DNA of 60,036 bases from the IMG/VR virus record IMGVR_UViG_3300020043_001303, positions 1 through 60,036 of that record. One strand, written 5' to 3'. Each line of letters opens with the position of its first letter. The stretch's first letter is position 1. Both the position numbers and the translations under genes were made by a program. Of this stretch, positions 1-8,677 are shown one piece after another. This DNA comes from a virus. Taxonomy: Duplodnaviria > Caudoviricetes. The notes under the pieces were generated by a model that saw nothing but the letters and a program-made list of their open reading frames with translations, ran no database searches and had not been told where the DNA came from.

Positions 1-30
1 GCACTTTGGTATCACACCGATGGGGTATCT

Positions 31-464
31 TGGAATCTGAGCAAAGATAAAATTCCAACTTGGAATTCCAGTATTTGTCTCTTATGTAAAGTTGTTCCAA
101 GTTGGAACACAAAATTGGAACTCCGTAAGTGCTTGATTTTAAAGAAGAAAGTCATGTATAACCTGTGGATATTCCAAAATTCCAGTTTTTCAAGAGGACA
201 AAGCTGGTAGCGAAGAAAATTTGAGAGAGCTTGACTGTGTCAGCAAGTGCGATGTCCCACAAAACGGCAGAAAGTGGTGTTTTTCTCACTTTGCCCGACG
301 TCCCTGCAAATCGCTGGAATCTTGGAATTTTGGAATAAATATAATTTTTTTTTTTTTTTTTTACTACTACTACTGTACTCTTACCTCTCATCTCATAACC
401 TTAGTACTACTTTTCCAGATTCCAATTCACCTCAATTTGTTCCAATTTTCCATTCCAGTTTCCA
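31..464. repeat. Origin-like region: 18 TTCCA/TGGAA pentamers, palindromes, T18 tract and (TAC)n
   Basis: TGGAA at 31,61,103,116,315,323,331; TTCCA at 53,66,95,172,180,413,420,440,448,453,460; palindromes AATTCCAA-C-TTGGAATT (51-67) and GTTCCAA-G-TTGGAAC (94-108); T18 at 345-362; no credible CDS. Confidence 0.6.
126..138 (-). promoter_or_regulatory. IHF consensus site
   Basis: Reverse complement AATCAAGCACTTA matches WATCAANNNNTTR. Confidence 0.45.
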
Positions 465-549
465 CCCAAAAAGCCTAACTGTACAAATCCCCTCCCCATC
501 CTACAAAACAACCCCCCGCCACCCACACCCCAACAAAGTTGCCCCAGAC

Positions 550-660
550 CCCTATGTTTATAAGTAAAGTTATGTTACAATTGAGTCTGAGTCGGGGAAT
601 AAGCATCTGCAAACCTCTGCGATTCAAGCCGATCACCTACCGTTTCACGGTACGGTGAAA
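550..660 (+). promoter_or_regulatory. Early promoter/leader module copy 1 (extended -10 TGTTACAAT plus TTTCAC-N6-GTGAAA palindrome)
   Basis: Near-identical to 1806-1900; TACAAT 576-581; palindrome 643-660; upstream of AGGAG RBS and ORF 698. Confidence 0.7.
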
Positions 661-697
661 TTTAGTTCAGTTCAGTTCAATTTAGTTAGGAGTCATC

Positions 698-1015
698 ATG
701 AAAGCTAAGTTCGTCCTCTCCCCTGCGGTTAACGCCAAGGTGCAACGAGAGATGCTCAGCCACCTTCCCCGCATCATGCGCAAGACATTGCGCATTACAA
801 CCCCAAAGGCACAACCTACCCCACAAACTGCATACGGTGCCGATTCACGGTTCACTGAAGAAGTGCACATCGATCCTGAGTTGTTGCTCAATACATGTGA
901 CCCCGCGTTTGACTTTGATGAGTTCAACGACATCGACGACGAGTACGAGGGTCTGACAATAGTCCGCATGGGCAAAGACACCCGCCGTTGGCTCAAGGGC
1001 TACAACATCCTGTGA
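698..1015 (+). CDS. hypothetical early protein
   Basis: 105 aa ORF with AGGAG RBS downstream of promoter. Confidence 0.7.
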   Translation: MKAKFVLSPAVNAKVQREMLSHLPRIMRKTLRITTPKAQPTPQTAYGADSRFTEEVHIDPELLLNTCDPAFDFDEFNDIDDEYEGLTIVRMGKDTRRWLKGYNIL

Positions 1016-1063
1016 ACAAATTACATCCATTCATTATTCCAACCAATAGATCGGACAAATACC

Positions 1064-1327
1064 ATGAAATACTACCTCGGTGAAATCGAGACTTACTTCG
1101 GCGAAAGCATGGTAAGTACATTGATTAAGTTCAAGACCAATTCACACCCTGATGAATACCTAGATAAAGTCGCTTCAGACTTTTGGGGTATCGATGCCTC
1201 ACAAGCAGGTGACGGCACAGTCAGCATGTATGACTTCGGCGACCGCATGACAAGTGCAGGGCGTTGGCAAGAGATCGACAAGAAGATGTTCATTGCATTA
1301 GACATTGTTGTGGGGATCATCAAATGA
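1064..1327 (+). CDS. hypothetical protein
   Basis: 87 aa ORF in co-directional gene string. Confidence 0.7.
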   Translation: MKYYLGEIETYFGESMVSTLIKFKTNSHPDEYLDKVASDFWGIDASQAGDGTVSMYDFGDRMTSAGRWQEIDKKMFIALDIVVGIIK

Positions 1328-1578
1328 AAGTACGCAAGAACAAACACAAGATACTTGACCGCATGGCGAATCCGCCGTGGTTGAGTGACTCAAACACAAT
1401 GTGGTTTATCCGCCACATCAAACCATGCAAGTCTTACGAGAAGGGATGCCCCGACTGTGATGCAGTCATGTTCCGCAAAGAGCATGGACGTTTCCCATAC
1501 ACACAGCGCGAGTGGTTCGAGTACGAGACTCGCAATGTCAAATGGGACAACTTAGTAATTCAGGAGGATGTGAAATGA
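1324..1578 (+). CDS. hypothetical protein (Cys-containing, PCKSYEKGCPDC)
   Basis: ATGA overlap with previous stop; start trimmed from 1264 to 1324. Confidence 0.65.
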   Translation: MKVRKNKHKILDRMANPPWLSDSNTMWFIRHIKPCKSYEKGCPDCDAVMFRKEHGRFPYTQREWFEYETRNVKWDNLVIQEDVK

Positions 1579-1784
1579 CATACAACATCAGCGAGTTCGT
1601 GGTGCATGTTCGTGTAATGGATGTATACGGCAGACAAGTCGTGTATCCTGTGTGCGACAAGGCGAAGGTGTTTGCGGCTATCGCAGACACAAAGACTCTG
1701 ACCGAATCAACCCTGCGTTGTATTCGCAAGCTCGGGTACACAATCCACGTAATACCCAATGAGCAACCAACACTAGGAGTGTGA
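1575..1784 (+). CDS. conserved phage hypothetical protein
   Basis: GGAGG RBS, ATGA overlap; DVYG..VYPVCDKAK.FA.IA.TKTLT motif typical of small phage early proteins. Confidence 0.7.
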   Translation: MTYNISEFVVHVRVMDVYGRQVVYPVCDKAKVFAAIADTKTLTESTLRCIRKLGYTIHVIPNEQPTLGV

Positions 1785-1805
1785 CTCAAAATAGTTGGGG
1801 TAAAT

Positions 1806-1900
1806 CCCTATGTTTATATGTAAAGTTATGGTACAATTGAATCTGTGTCGGGGAGTAACTCGGCACAGAGATCGACTACCGTTTCACGGTATCGTGAAAT
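1806..1900 (+). promoter_or_regulatory. Early promoter/leader module copy 2 (extended -10 TGGTACAAT, 5' hairpin, TTTCAC-N6-GTGAAA)
   Basis: Repeat of 550-660; TACAAT 1832-1837; hairpin TCTGTGTCGGG/CTCGGCACAGA 1842-1869; palindrome 1882-1899. Confidence 0.7.
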
Positions 1901-1933
1901 CCAATTCAGTTTTTATTCAGTCAGGAGATAGTT

Positions 1934-2230
1934 ATGGGACAGTTCAAAGACATCAACACGCTTATTCGTCAGCTCGTAGACGACACCAATGTGCATCCCT
2001 CTATCCGCGAGGCAATGCGCAATACAACCCAACCAACACAATCAACTTCTGTACAACCATTCGACAAGGTGTACTTGCTTCTGTGTGACGGCGACGTCAC
2101 CGATGTGTTTACCAACAAAGACATGGCGATGTATGACCTGCATATCTGCCAAATGGAAGATAACGCAGAAGGTCTGAGCCACGAGTGGCGCGTCATTGTT
2201 CGTCAACTCAACACCGATACCCTGAAATGA
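1934..2230 (+). CDS. hypothetical protein
   Basis: 98 aa, AGGAG RBS. Confidence 0.7.
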   Translation: MGQFKDINTLIRQLVDDTNVHPSIREAMRNTTQPTQSTSVQPFDKVYLLLCDGDVTDVFTNKDMAMYDLHICQMEDNAEGLSHEWRVIVRQLNTDTLK

Positions 2231-2430
2231 AACCTAGCTGTTCAGCGTGTGGTGAACACTACTCTGCACTGCGCCACAACATGGGCTATACATTGTGTAT
2301 GCCATGTGGCGAGAAACAAGCTCGTAGTACTAAACATACTATCGTGCCGATGCCCAAGTCCAACTACATCGTAGTGACTGATCGTTCTCTATTACTCAAT
2401 CTCAACTCAAGCCACAAGGGAGGCCGTTAA
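2227..2430 (+). CDS. C4 zinc-finger protein (DksA/TraR-like finger)
   Basis: CSACG..R...G..LCMPC; ATGA overlap. Confidence 0.6.
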   Translation: MKPSCSACGEHYSALRHNMGYTLCMPCGEKQARSTKHTIVPMPKSNYIVVTDRSLLLNLNSSHKGGR

Positions 2431-2431
2431 C

Positions 2432-3340
2432 ATGAACTTCGAACTTCAACAACCCAACCATATCATCTCACTCGCGTCATCTGCACTCATTGTGTGCGTG
2501 GATGTGAATGTGTGGACAGCGACCAAACAGGATCGCGCAATCTCGAACGAGGTCACTACTTCTAAGAAAGCATCAGCGGATGCAGGCAAGTTCACCAAGA
2601 ACTTACTCTCCGATTCCCCTGAACACAAGTCGCTGTTGAACTATCGGCAGACCGTCTATAACTGGCTTCAGAGGTCAACGTATGACTGGGCGGGCTCGAT
2701 GCGTCTGTTGCCAACTGTCAACCTTGAGAAATTCAAGAAGGAGTACAACCAACACGAGGCAGACTTCAAGGCTTTGCTCGAGAAGTTTATTACGGCATAC
2801 CCTCAGATCGTCAGCGATGCGGCGTTCAAGCAAGGCGACATGTTTAATCGTTCAGAGTACCCTGAACCGGAAGATGTTCGCACCAAGTTCCGCATGCGTC
2901 TGCATGTACAGAAAGTACCGCAGTCAGACTTTCGTTCGTCTGTGAGCGAAGTCTTGGCTGAAGATTTGAAGAACCACTACGAGCGTCAGACACAAGAGAT
3001 CATCAACTCTGTGATGGACGATGCGTCAGAGCGTCTTGTAGAAATTGCTTCACGGTTGTCAAACGCTTGTACCGAAGCCACGCCCGACGATGACGGCAAG
3101 GTTAGGCGCAAGAAGATTTACGACAGTACTGTGAGCCAAGCCAAGGAGATTTGCAAAACCATTGAGCACTTCAACTTAACAAACAACAAGGCATTGTCAC
3201 AAGCTGTGACTGACCTGAGCTTTGCGCTTGAGGGCGTAAGCACAGAGGACTTGCGCGAGAGTTCATATACCCGAAGCGTAGTCAAAGAAAACGTGGACGA
3301 CATGTTGTCCAAATTTAAACCCATCAGGACTTTTGTATGA
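2432..3340 (+). CDS. DUF3150-like protein
   Basis: 302 aa helical protein, N-terminal V.V.VW...K.D and YP...V..KF pattern; directly upstream of AAA+/vWA pair. Confidence 0.55.
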   Translation: MNFELQQPNHIISLASSALIVCVDVNVWTATKQDRAISNEVTTSKKASADAGKFTKNLLSDSPEHKSLLNYRQTVYNWLQRSTYDWAGSMRLLPTVNLEKFKKEYNQHEADFKALLEKFITAYPQIVSDAAFKQGDMFNRSEYPEPEDVRTKFRMRLHVQKVPQSDFRSSVSEVLAEDLKNHYERQTQEIINSVMDDASERLVEIASRLSNACTEATPDDDGKVRRKKIYDSTVSQAKEICKTIEHFNLTNNKALSQAVTDLSFALEGVSTEDLRESSYTRSVVKENVDDMLSKFKPIRTFV

Positions 3341-3522
3341 CTGATCTAGAAATTGTTTTGCTGATTGCATTCTCGTTCATGACGATGATGTTCTACCGAG
3401 CCCAACGTCGTGTCGTGTTCTTGTCATGCACGTTGGTCGCGATAGGCTTGAAGGAAGCCTATGTTGAGGTGGATGAAGTCGAGAAAACATACACCATCAA
3501 GCATCTCAAAACCCGTAAGTAA
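3337..3522 (+). CDS. small membrane protein
   Basis: 61 aa with hydrophobic N-terminal helix; ATGA overlap. Confidence 0.6.
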   Translation: MTDLEIVLLIAFSFMTMMFYRAQRRVVFLSCTLVAIGLKEAYVEVDEVEKTYTIKHLKTRK

Positions 3523-3561
3523 TTGTTCACCCTCCCCTGAAACTTAAACCAAGGAAATACT

Positions 3562-4632
3562 ATGTCAAAAATCAACTTCAACTTGAACGTGTCTATCGAT
3601 GACTGCGCAAACATCATCAAGACTATCGGTAATGAAATTACTCCCATCATTGTCTCTGAGCCTGGCTGTGGCAAGTCATCAATCCTGAAAATGCTCGAGG
3701 CTGATCTCGGCACAGACGAGTATGACTTCATCTATGTGGACTGCCCTGTGAAAGACATGATGGACGTTGCGGCTTCTATCCCCAACCATACAACCAAGAC
3801 TCTTGAATACTATGTTTCATCATTGTTCAAGCTCGGCAATGGCAAGAAGAAAGTCATCATGCTCGACGAGTTCATGAAGTCTCCCAAGCTATTGCAGATC
3901 ATCTTCACCCGACTGATGCTCGAGCGTAGTGTTGGCGATGAGCCCCTGCCCGAAGGTTCAATCGTGTTTGGTACAAGTAACAATGCAAGTGACGGCGTAG
4001 GCGACAGCATGCTCGCGCACGTTGGTAATCGTGTCTGTGTGTTGCACATGAGCAAGCCCAATGCAGAGCGTTGGAACGTGTGGGCGACCAAGCACAAGAT
4101 TGCGCGTCCGATTCGTGCATGGGTGGCAATGACTCCCAAGGCAATGCGTAGCTACTTGGACGGCGACGAGAGCGACAACCCATATATCTTTAAACCAACA
4201 TCAACCAACAAGTCGTTTGTTTCTCCTCGTTCGTTGGCCAAAGCATCTCCCATTGTGAATGCCAAGGATGTTATCGGTGAGCATGCAATGATGGCCGCAC
4301 TCGCAGGCACGATCGGCGAAGCGGCGGCTAAGAGTATGTCAGCGTTCATTGCACTCGAAGGCAAGCTTATCTCTACGGCTGATGTCTTGAAATCAGCATC
4401 TACTATTAAAGTTCCTGATGACATCTCAGCGCAGATCATGATGATGTTCGAGGCAGTCGATGTACTTGAAGTTCAGGATGACCTGAACAAGTATATGCAG
4501 TTCGTTGAGCGCATTCCATCAGCCGAAGTTCAGTCTGTGTTCTTCACGATGATTATGCGCGGTAAGCCCCGCCTTGCTCGTTACAACCAAGCGATCAACA
4601 CTTGGGCGACAAACAATCACCAACTGATGTGA
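3562..4632 (+). CDS. MoxR/AAA_5-type AAA+ ATPase
   Basis: Walker A SEPGCGKS, Walker B VIMLDEF, sensor GTSN, Arg finger NR, SPRS sensor II. Confidence 0.85.
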   Translation: MSKINFNLNVSIDDCANIIKTIGNEITPIIVSEPGCGKSSILKMLEADLGTDEYDFIYVDCPVKDMMDVAASIPNHTTKTLEYYVSSLFKLGNGKKKVIMLDEFMKSPKLLQIIFTRLMLERSVGDEPLPEGSIVFGTSNNASDGVGDSMLAHVGNRVCVLHMSKPNAERWNVWATKHKIARPIRAWVAMTPKAMRSYLDGDESDNPYIFKPTSTNKSFVSPRSLAKASPIVNAKDVIGEHAMMAALAGTIGEAAAKSMSAFIALEGKLISTADVLKSASTIKVPDDISAQIMMMFEAVDVLEVQDDLNKYMQFVERIPSAEVQSVFFTMIMRGKPRLARYNQAINTWATNNHQLM

Positions 4633-4639
4633 GGCGTAT

Positions 4640-4729
4640 ATGCACACAGTATGGGAAAAGATTGAGCGAGTGTTGCTTATGTCAGCAATCGTTGTTTTGT
4701 TATTAGATTTGTTTTACTGGAGACCATGA
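4640..4729 (+). CDS. 29-aa single-pass membrane micro-protein (MHTVWEKIERVLLMSAIVVLLLDLFYWRP)
   Basis: Translated by hand; GAGG RBS; fills the gap and overlaps next start (ATGA); below ORF-track cutoff. Confidence 0.6.
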   Translation: MHTVWEKIERVLLMSAIVVLLLDLFYWRP

Positions 4730-5925
4730 TGTTAAGTGAAGAAGACCGCGTCAAGAAGGCGCACATTGCGATGATGAAGCATCCCGAGACAGCGTTGTAC
4801 TCAGGCGTGATGATGATGGGTACGACAGCCGTGGTGGACGATGCGATCACAGCGTACACCGATGGTATCAACAAGCGTTACGGTAGAGCGTTCCTCAAAG
4901 CCGTGTGCAAGACAGACCAAGAAGTAGCAGGCTTAGTGCTTCATGAGAATCTGCACATTGTTTTGCGTCACATGCTTCATGGCTTAGACATGTTCAGAGA
5001 AGATCGTCAGCGAGCCAACAGAGCGGCAGACTATGTTGTCAACGACATCATCATGAACATCAAAGACAAGAACCTTGTGAAGCTACCCGAGGGCGGGTGC
5101 TATGACCCCAAGTACCACAACATGAACATGCGTGAGGTGTACAAGTTATTGGAGGAAGAGGACGGTGATGGTGGTCAAGGTGGTGATTCAGGGGAGGGTG
5201 AATCGCAAGGTGATAGTGGTCAGTACTCATTCGATGAGCATGACACCGAGGGCGATGGTAAGCCGTTGACTCCCGAGCAAGCCAAGGACATGGAGGCGCG
5301 TATCGACAGAGCGTTGCGTGAAGGTGCGTTACTCGCAGGACGCTTAGGCATTGATCTGCCACGAGCTATCACAGACATCCTCAACCCGAAGGTGGACTGG
5401 CGTGAGGTGCTACGAGATTTTGTTTCTTCAGCGACGAAGGGCAAGGACGAGTACACATGGCGCAAGTTCAACCGCAGAGTGTTGCCCAATGATTTGTATC
5501 TGCCAACTGTGGAGGACGAGACGATAGGAGAGATTGTCGTTGCTATCGATACATCAGGTTCGATCGGCGAGAAGGAACTCAACGAGTTCGCCTCAGAACT
5601 GGTCTCTATCTGTGAGGCTGTGTCGCCCGAAGCTGTGCGCGTTTTGTGGTGGGACACCAAGGTTCATGGCGAGCAACTGTTCAAAGATGATTATCAGAAC
5701 ATTGGCGCGATGCTCAAACCCTTGGGTGGCGGAGGAACTCACGTTTCATGCGTGGCTGAATACATCAACAAGAAGCGTGTCAACGCTGAATGTGTGTTGG
5801 TGTTCACCGATGGTTATGTAGAGAGCGAAGTCGAGTGGCAGATTTCAGCACCGACTCTGTGGATGGTGACACAGAACGAGAATTGGCAACCGCCAACTGG
5901 CAAGAAAGTTATGGTTAAGGAGTAA
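4726..5925 (+). CDS. Metallopeptidase (HEXXH) plus vWA domain protein (DUF2201_N/DUF2201-like)
   Basis: LHENLHIVLRH zincin motif, acidic Gly linker, MIDAS DTSGS, GGGGT, FTDGY. Confidence 0.85.
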   Translation: MMLSEEDRVKKAHIAMMKHPETALYSGVMMMGTTAVVDDAITAYTDGINKRYGRAFLKAVCKTDQEVAGLVLHENLHIVLRHMLHGLDMFREDRQRANRAADYVVNDIIMNIKDKNLVKLPEGGCYDPKYHNMNMREVYKLLEEEDGDGGQGGDSGEGESQGDSGQYSFDEHDTEGDGKPLTPEQAKDMEARIDRALREGALLAGRLGIDLPRAITDILNPKVDWREVLRDFVSSATKGKDEYTWRKFNRRVLPNDLYLPTVEDETIGEIVVAIDTSGSIGEKELNEFASELVSICEAVSPEAVRVLWWDTKVHGEQLFKDDYQNIGAMLKPLGGGGTHVSCVAEYINKKRVNAECVLVFTDGYVESEVEWQISAPTLWMVTQNENWQPPTGKKVMVKE

Positions 5926-5928
5926 CTC

Positions 5929-6870
5929 ATGAGCTATTTTTACGACATACCCAACATCACATACGACAGGCTTTTGCAGACAACGAAGTATCAGAAGCCA
6001 TATCGTGACTCAGGCAATGCTTATCCCTTGGGTGATAGGCGTTACTCAGCTCGTCACTTCCGTGCGCTAGAGGACGGCTCGTTCTCAATTTGGTACATGC
6101 ACAGAGAAAACTCTGACAAAGTAATCAAAGGTGAGGAGATAAGTGATTACTACAAAAACCGTAAGCCGTTGGCCATAGTTCGTTCTGACAACACGTTGGA
6201 GTTTGTGGGTGGTAATGGACTGCATCAAGGCGAGCGTGGACTCTTGTCTGAGTTGATTGGGTACGGAACTGTTGCACAAGTTAAATCCAAGGGTGGCACG
6301 ATTTGGGCATCCGTGGACGGCGTATATCCCATATTCGAAGGATTGCGTATCAGCTTGGATACTAGGAAAGCTGTGACGCAGTTCCAAGTGATTCAGCCTA
6401 CCCTGAATCGCAAGAGATCGAACGAGGCCATGAAGAAGTACAAAGATTTTTACAACTTGTACCCCATGTATGTGAATGCAACGAACGACAAGGCACTTGC
6501 TGAGCTGTTCATTGATTTGTACAACCAACTGGGCGAAGAACGGTTCATGCGCATGGACGACAGCGAGATCAAAGTGATGGTGGATAACAAACATTACTTA
6601 GATGCGGCAGTCAGTCTTTATCTACTCAACTCACCTTGGTATCGATCATCCATTAGATATTTTGCACAAGACGATGGTGGGCGTTCATTAAGAGTACCAA
6701 ACAACTGGCAAGAGGTAATTACATACCATGTAAAGAAAAAGTTCCGCAAGATCATATTGGGTACGGACGAATCAGTATTTGACTGGACACCACTGCCTGA
6801 AGGCACGCTGAAAGCATCCGATTGGGATCACAAGATCGTGGTCAATGGTAAAGAATGTAAACAACTGTAA
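5929..6870 (+). CDS. hypothetical protein
   Basis: 313 aa, AAGGAG RBS. Confidence 0.75.
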   Translation: MSYFYDIPNITYDRLLQTTKYQKPYRDSGNAYPLGDRRYSARHFRALEDGSFSIWYMHRENSDKVIKGEEISDYYKNRKPLAIVRSDNTLEFVGGNGLHQGERGLLSELIGYGTVAQVKSKGGTIWASVDGVYPIFEGLRISLDTRKAVTQFQVIQPTLNRKRSNEAMKKYKDFYNLYPMYVNATNDKALAELFIDLYNQLGEERFMRMDDSEIKVMVDNKHYLDAAVSLYLLNSPWYRSSIRYFAQDDGGRSLRVPNNWQEVITYHVKKKFRKIILGTDESVFDWTPLPEGTLKASDWDHKIVVNGKECKQL

Positions 6871-6880
6871 GGAGAGAATC

Positions 6881-7828
6881 ATGGATATAACAACACACGC
6901 AGTAGAGCAAGACAAACTGGCAGACCTGTTTGCTAAGAAGCCGAGCCTCAAGAAGCTGGCATACGAGTTCTGTACGGCGTTCAACGTCAAGGTCAACAAG
7001 GTTAAGAATAGCGGCGCGTTGCGCTTGGTCACGCCCAACGGATTGGATGCGGGTGAGTTGTCTACTAATAGTAGCTCACGCGATAGAAGTGAGACGGTTT
7101 ACATCTATGAGAACGCCTATCTCATCAGGAAAGAGAAGTCGAGTAGCAACTCAAGCAGAAGCGAGCGTGACTCCAATAAGATTGCAACACTCATTAGGAC
7201 GCTGAAGAAGAACAACGAGTTTCCTACTGATGCGGCAATGACCAATGCTTATGCCAAAGAAGCTAACAGCGCAATCCATCCAGTAAAAGATGCGGCTAGA
7301 TATGGTGAGCCGAAGATAGATGTACCAAAAGATATTGCAAAAATGTTGGTAGAAAGCCACTTAGGTGTTGACACGATCACAATCAAACACTACGCTAGCC
7401 AGCTCCGAGATATACACAGTAAATATTTAGTTGAAATGAAAAAATTCAAAGAGTCAGCAGACGACTTTAATAGATTCTGCAAGGGCTTCAAACTCGTAGG
7501 CATCGAGTACGAGAACTACTACACAGATGGTGTGAAGCCTTACTACATCGTGGGTGAAGGTGTGATGAACCTAACTGACAACCGCGAGCGAGTAGAAATT
7601 CAGGGTAGCCTGAAACGCTATGAAACCCTGAAGGATGTGCCTGAACTTGCAGTAGATGTAATGATGATTACAACCTACATGGAAGGCAAACGCAACGACA
7701 GACTGTATTCCGAGAGGAATGAGTTGTTCCTCAGTAGAGTTGACAGATACATAGCAGACCTCGACATCGGTGTGGGCTATTCCAACAACATTACATGGGT
7801 GGCGATTCCCAATACGCCGAAGCAGTAA
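6881..7828 (+). CDS. hypothetical protein
   Basis: AAGGAG RBS before ATG 6881. Confidence 0.75.
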   Translation: MDITTHAVEQDKLADLFAKKPSLKKLAYEFCTAFNVKVNKVKNSGALRLVTPNGLDAGELSTNSSSRDRSETVYIYENAYLIRKEKSSSNSSRSERDSNKIATLIRTLKKNNEFPTDAAMTNAYAKEANSAIHPVKDAARYGEPKIDVPKDIAKMLVESHLGVDTITIKHYASQLRDIHSKYLVEMKKFKESADDFNRFCKGFKLVGIEYENYYTDGVKPYYIVGEGVMNLTDNRERVEIQGSLKRYETLKDVPELAVDVMMITTYMEGKRNDRLYSERNELFLSRVDRYIADLDIGVGYSNNITWVAIPNTPKQ

Positions 7829-8247
7829 TGTATAGAGAACCTGAATACATCACTAAATACATGCGTTCATTACAAGATACAAAGAAGTGGACGCCTATTG
7901 TGCATGCAACGAATCACGAGATGTGGCGCGTTCCTGTGTACAGAGAGGACGATGGTTATACAGTTATTGTGCAACCTGACAGAGTGCGGTACTTCACAGA
8001 AGAAACATTACCTGACTTCATGAAGGCTTCACTCACAATGATCCATGCGTTTCCGCCACCTAAGAAAGAACTATACAAAGTCTCATTCACGGATGCGTTC
8101 ATGAATCAACAAGACCGTAAGCTCGATGATGTTGGGTGGATGGTGTGTAAAGATTTGTACATCATAGTCATGCACTACTCGCAGCTCGGTGAGGTTGGCT
8201 ATAACAAGGAGAAGTCTACATGGCAGATACACCTGAACGCAAAGTAA
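7828..8247 (+). CDS. hypothetical protein
   Basis: TAATG coupling with previous stop. Confidence 0.7.
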   Translation: MYREPEYITKYMRSLQDTKKWTPIVHATNHEMWRVPVYREDDGYTVIVQPDRVRYFTEETLPDFMKASLTMIHAFPPPKKELYKVSFTDAFMNQQDRKLDDVGWMVCKDLYIIVMHYSQLGEVGYNKEKSTWQIHLNAK

Positions 8248-8516
8248 AGAAGCGGGTTCTCGCAGAACTGGCTTCAATCGGGGCGTACTACACCATGCCC
8301 GTAACGAGTGGGTTTGGTAATTCAGGGGTGCCTGACATTCTATGTTGCTACAACGGATGGTTCATCGGCATAGAGTGCAAAGCGAACGGCGGTAAGCCAA
8401 CGAAATTACAACAGTCTCACTTAGATGAGATTGAACTGCGGGGCGGCTTGTCGTTCATCGTTGATGAACACAATGTCGGGATTATTAAACAACTCATATT
8501 GGATAACGCAAAATGA
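8220..8516 (+). CDS. VRR-NUC domain nuclease
   Basis: E.KV...GVPDI...FIGIECKA..GKPT.LQ......I...GG signature. Confidence 0.85.
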   Translation: MADTPERKVKKRVLAELASIGAYYTMPVTSGFGNSGVPDILCCYNGWFIGIECKANGGKPTKLQQSHLDEIELRGGLSFIVDEHNVGIIKQLILDNAK

Positions 8517-8677
8517 AAGAGATCAAATACAGCTCGAAAGCAATACCCTTGCGCGGATGCAACGATCCCAAGTTCAAGTGGATACCCGCCGCTTCTACTG
8601 ATGTGCGTAGAACATGGCGCAAGGCACGACTGCTGATCCGCCTAACGAACGGAGCCGCGTATGAAAGCCGTGCTTGA
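8513..8677 (+). CDS. 54-aa hypothetical protein (MKEIKYSSK...FKWIPAASTDVRRTWRK...)
   Basis: Translated by hand; ATGA overlap; fills gap. Confidence 0.55.
   Translation: MKEIKYSSKAIPLRGCNDPKFKWIPAASTDVRRTWRKARLLIRLTNGAAYESRA

Noticed and set aside
31-464. CRISPR array or mini-array (32-nt polA match next to repeats)
   Set aside because: The repeats are 5-17 nt and irregularly spaced, with no constant repeat-spacer period and no cas operon.
152-567. ORFs 152-391, 221-478 and 247-567
   Set aside because: They run through T18, (TAC)n and pentamer repeats giving poly-Phe/Lys/Tyr, with no RBS; the region looks non-coding.
631-660. Hammerhead ribozyme suggested by GTTTC...GAAA
   Set aside because: No CUGANGA core in the right position on either strand; better explained as a palindrome.
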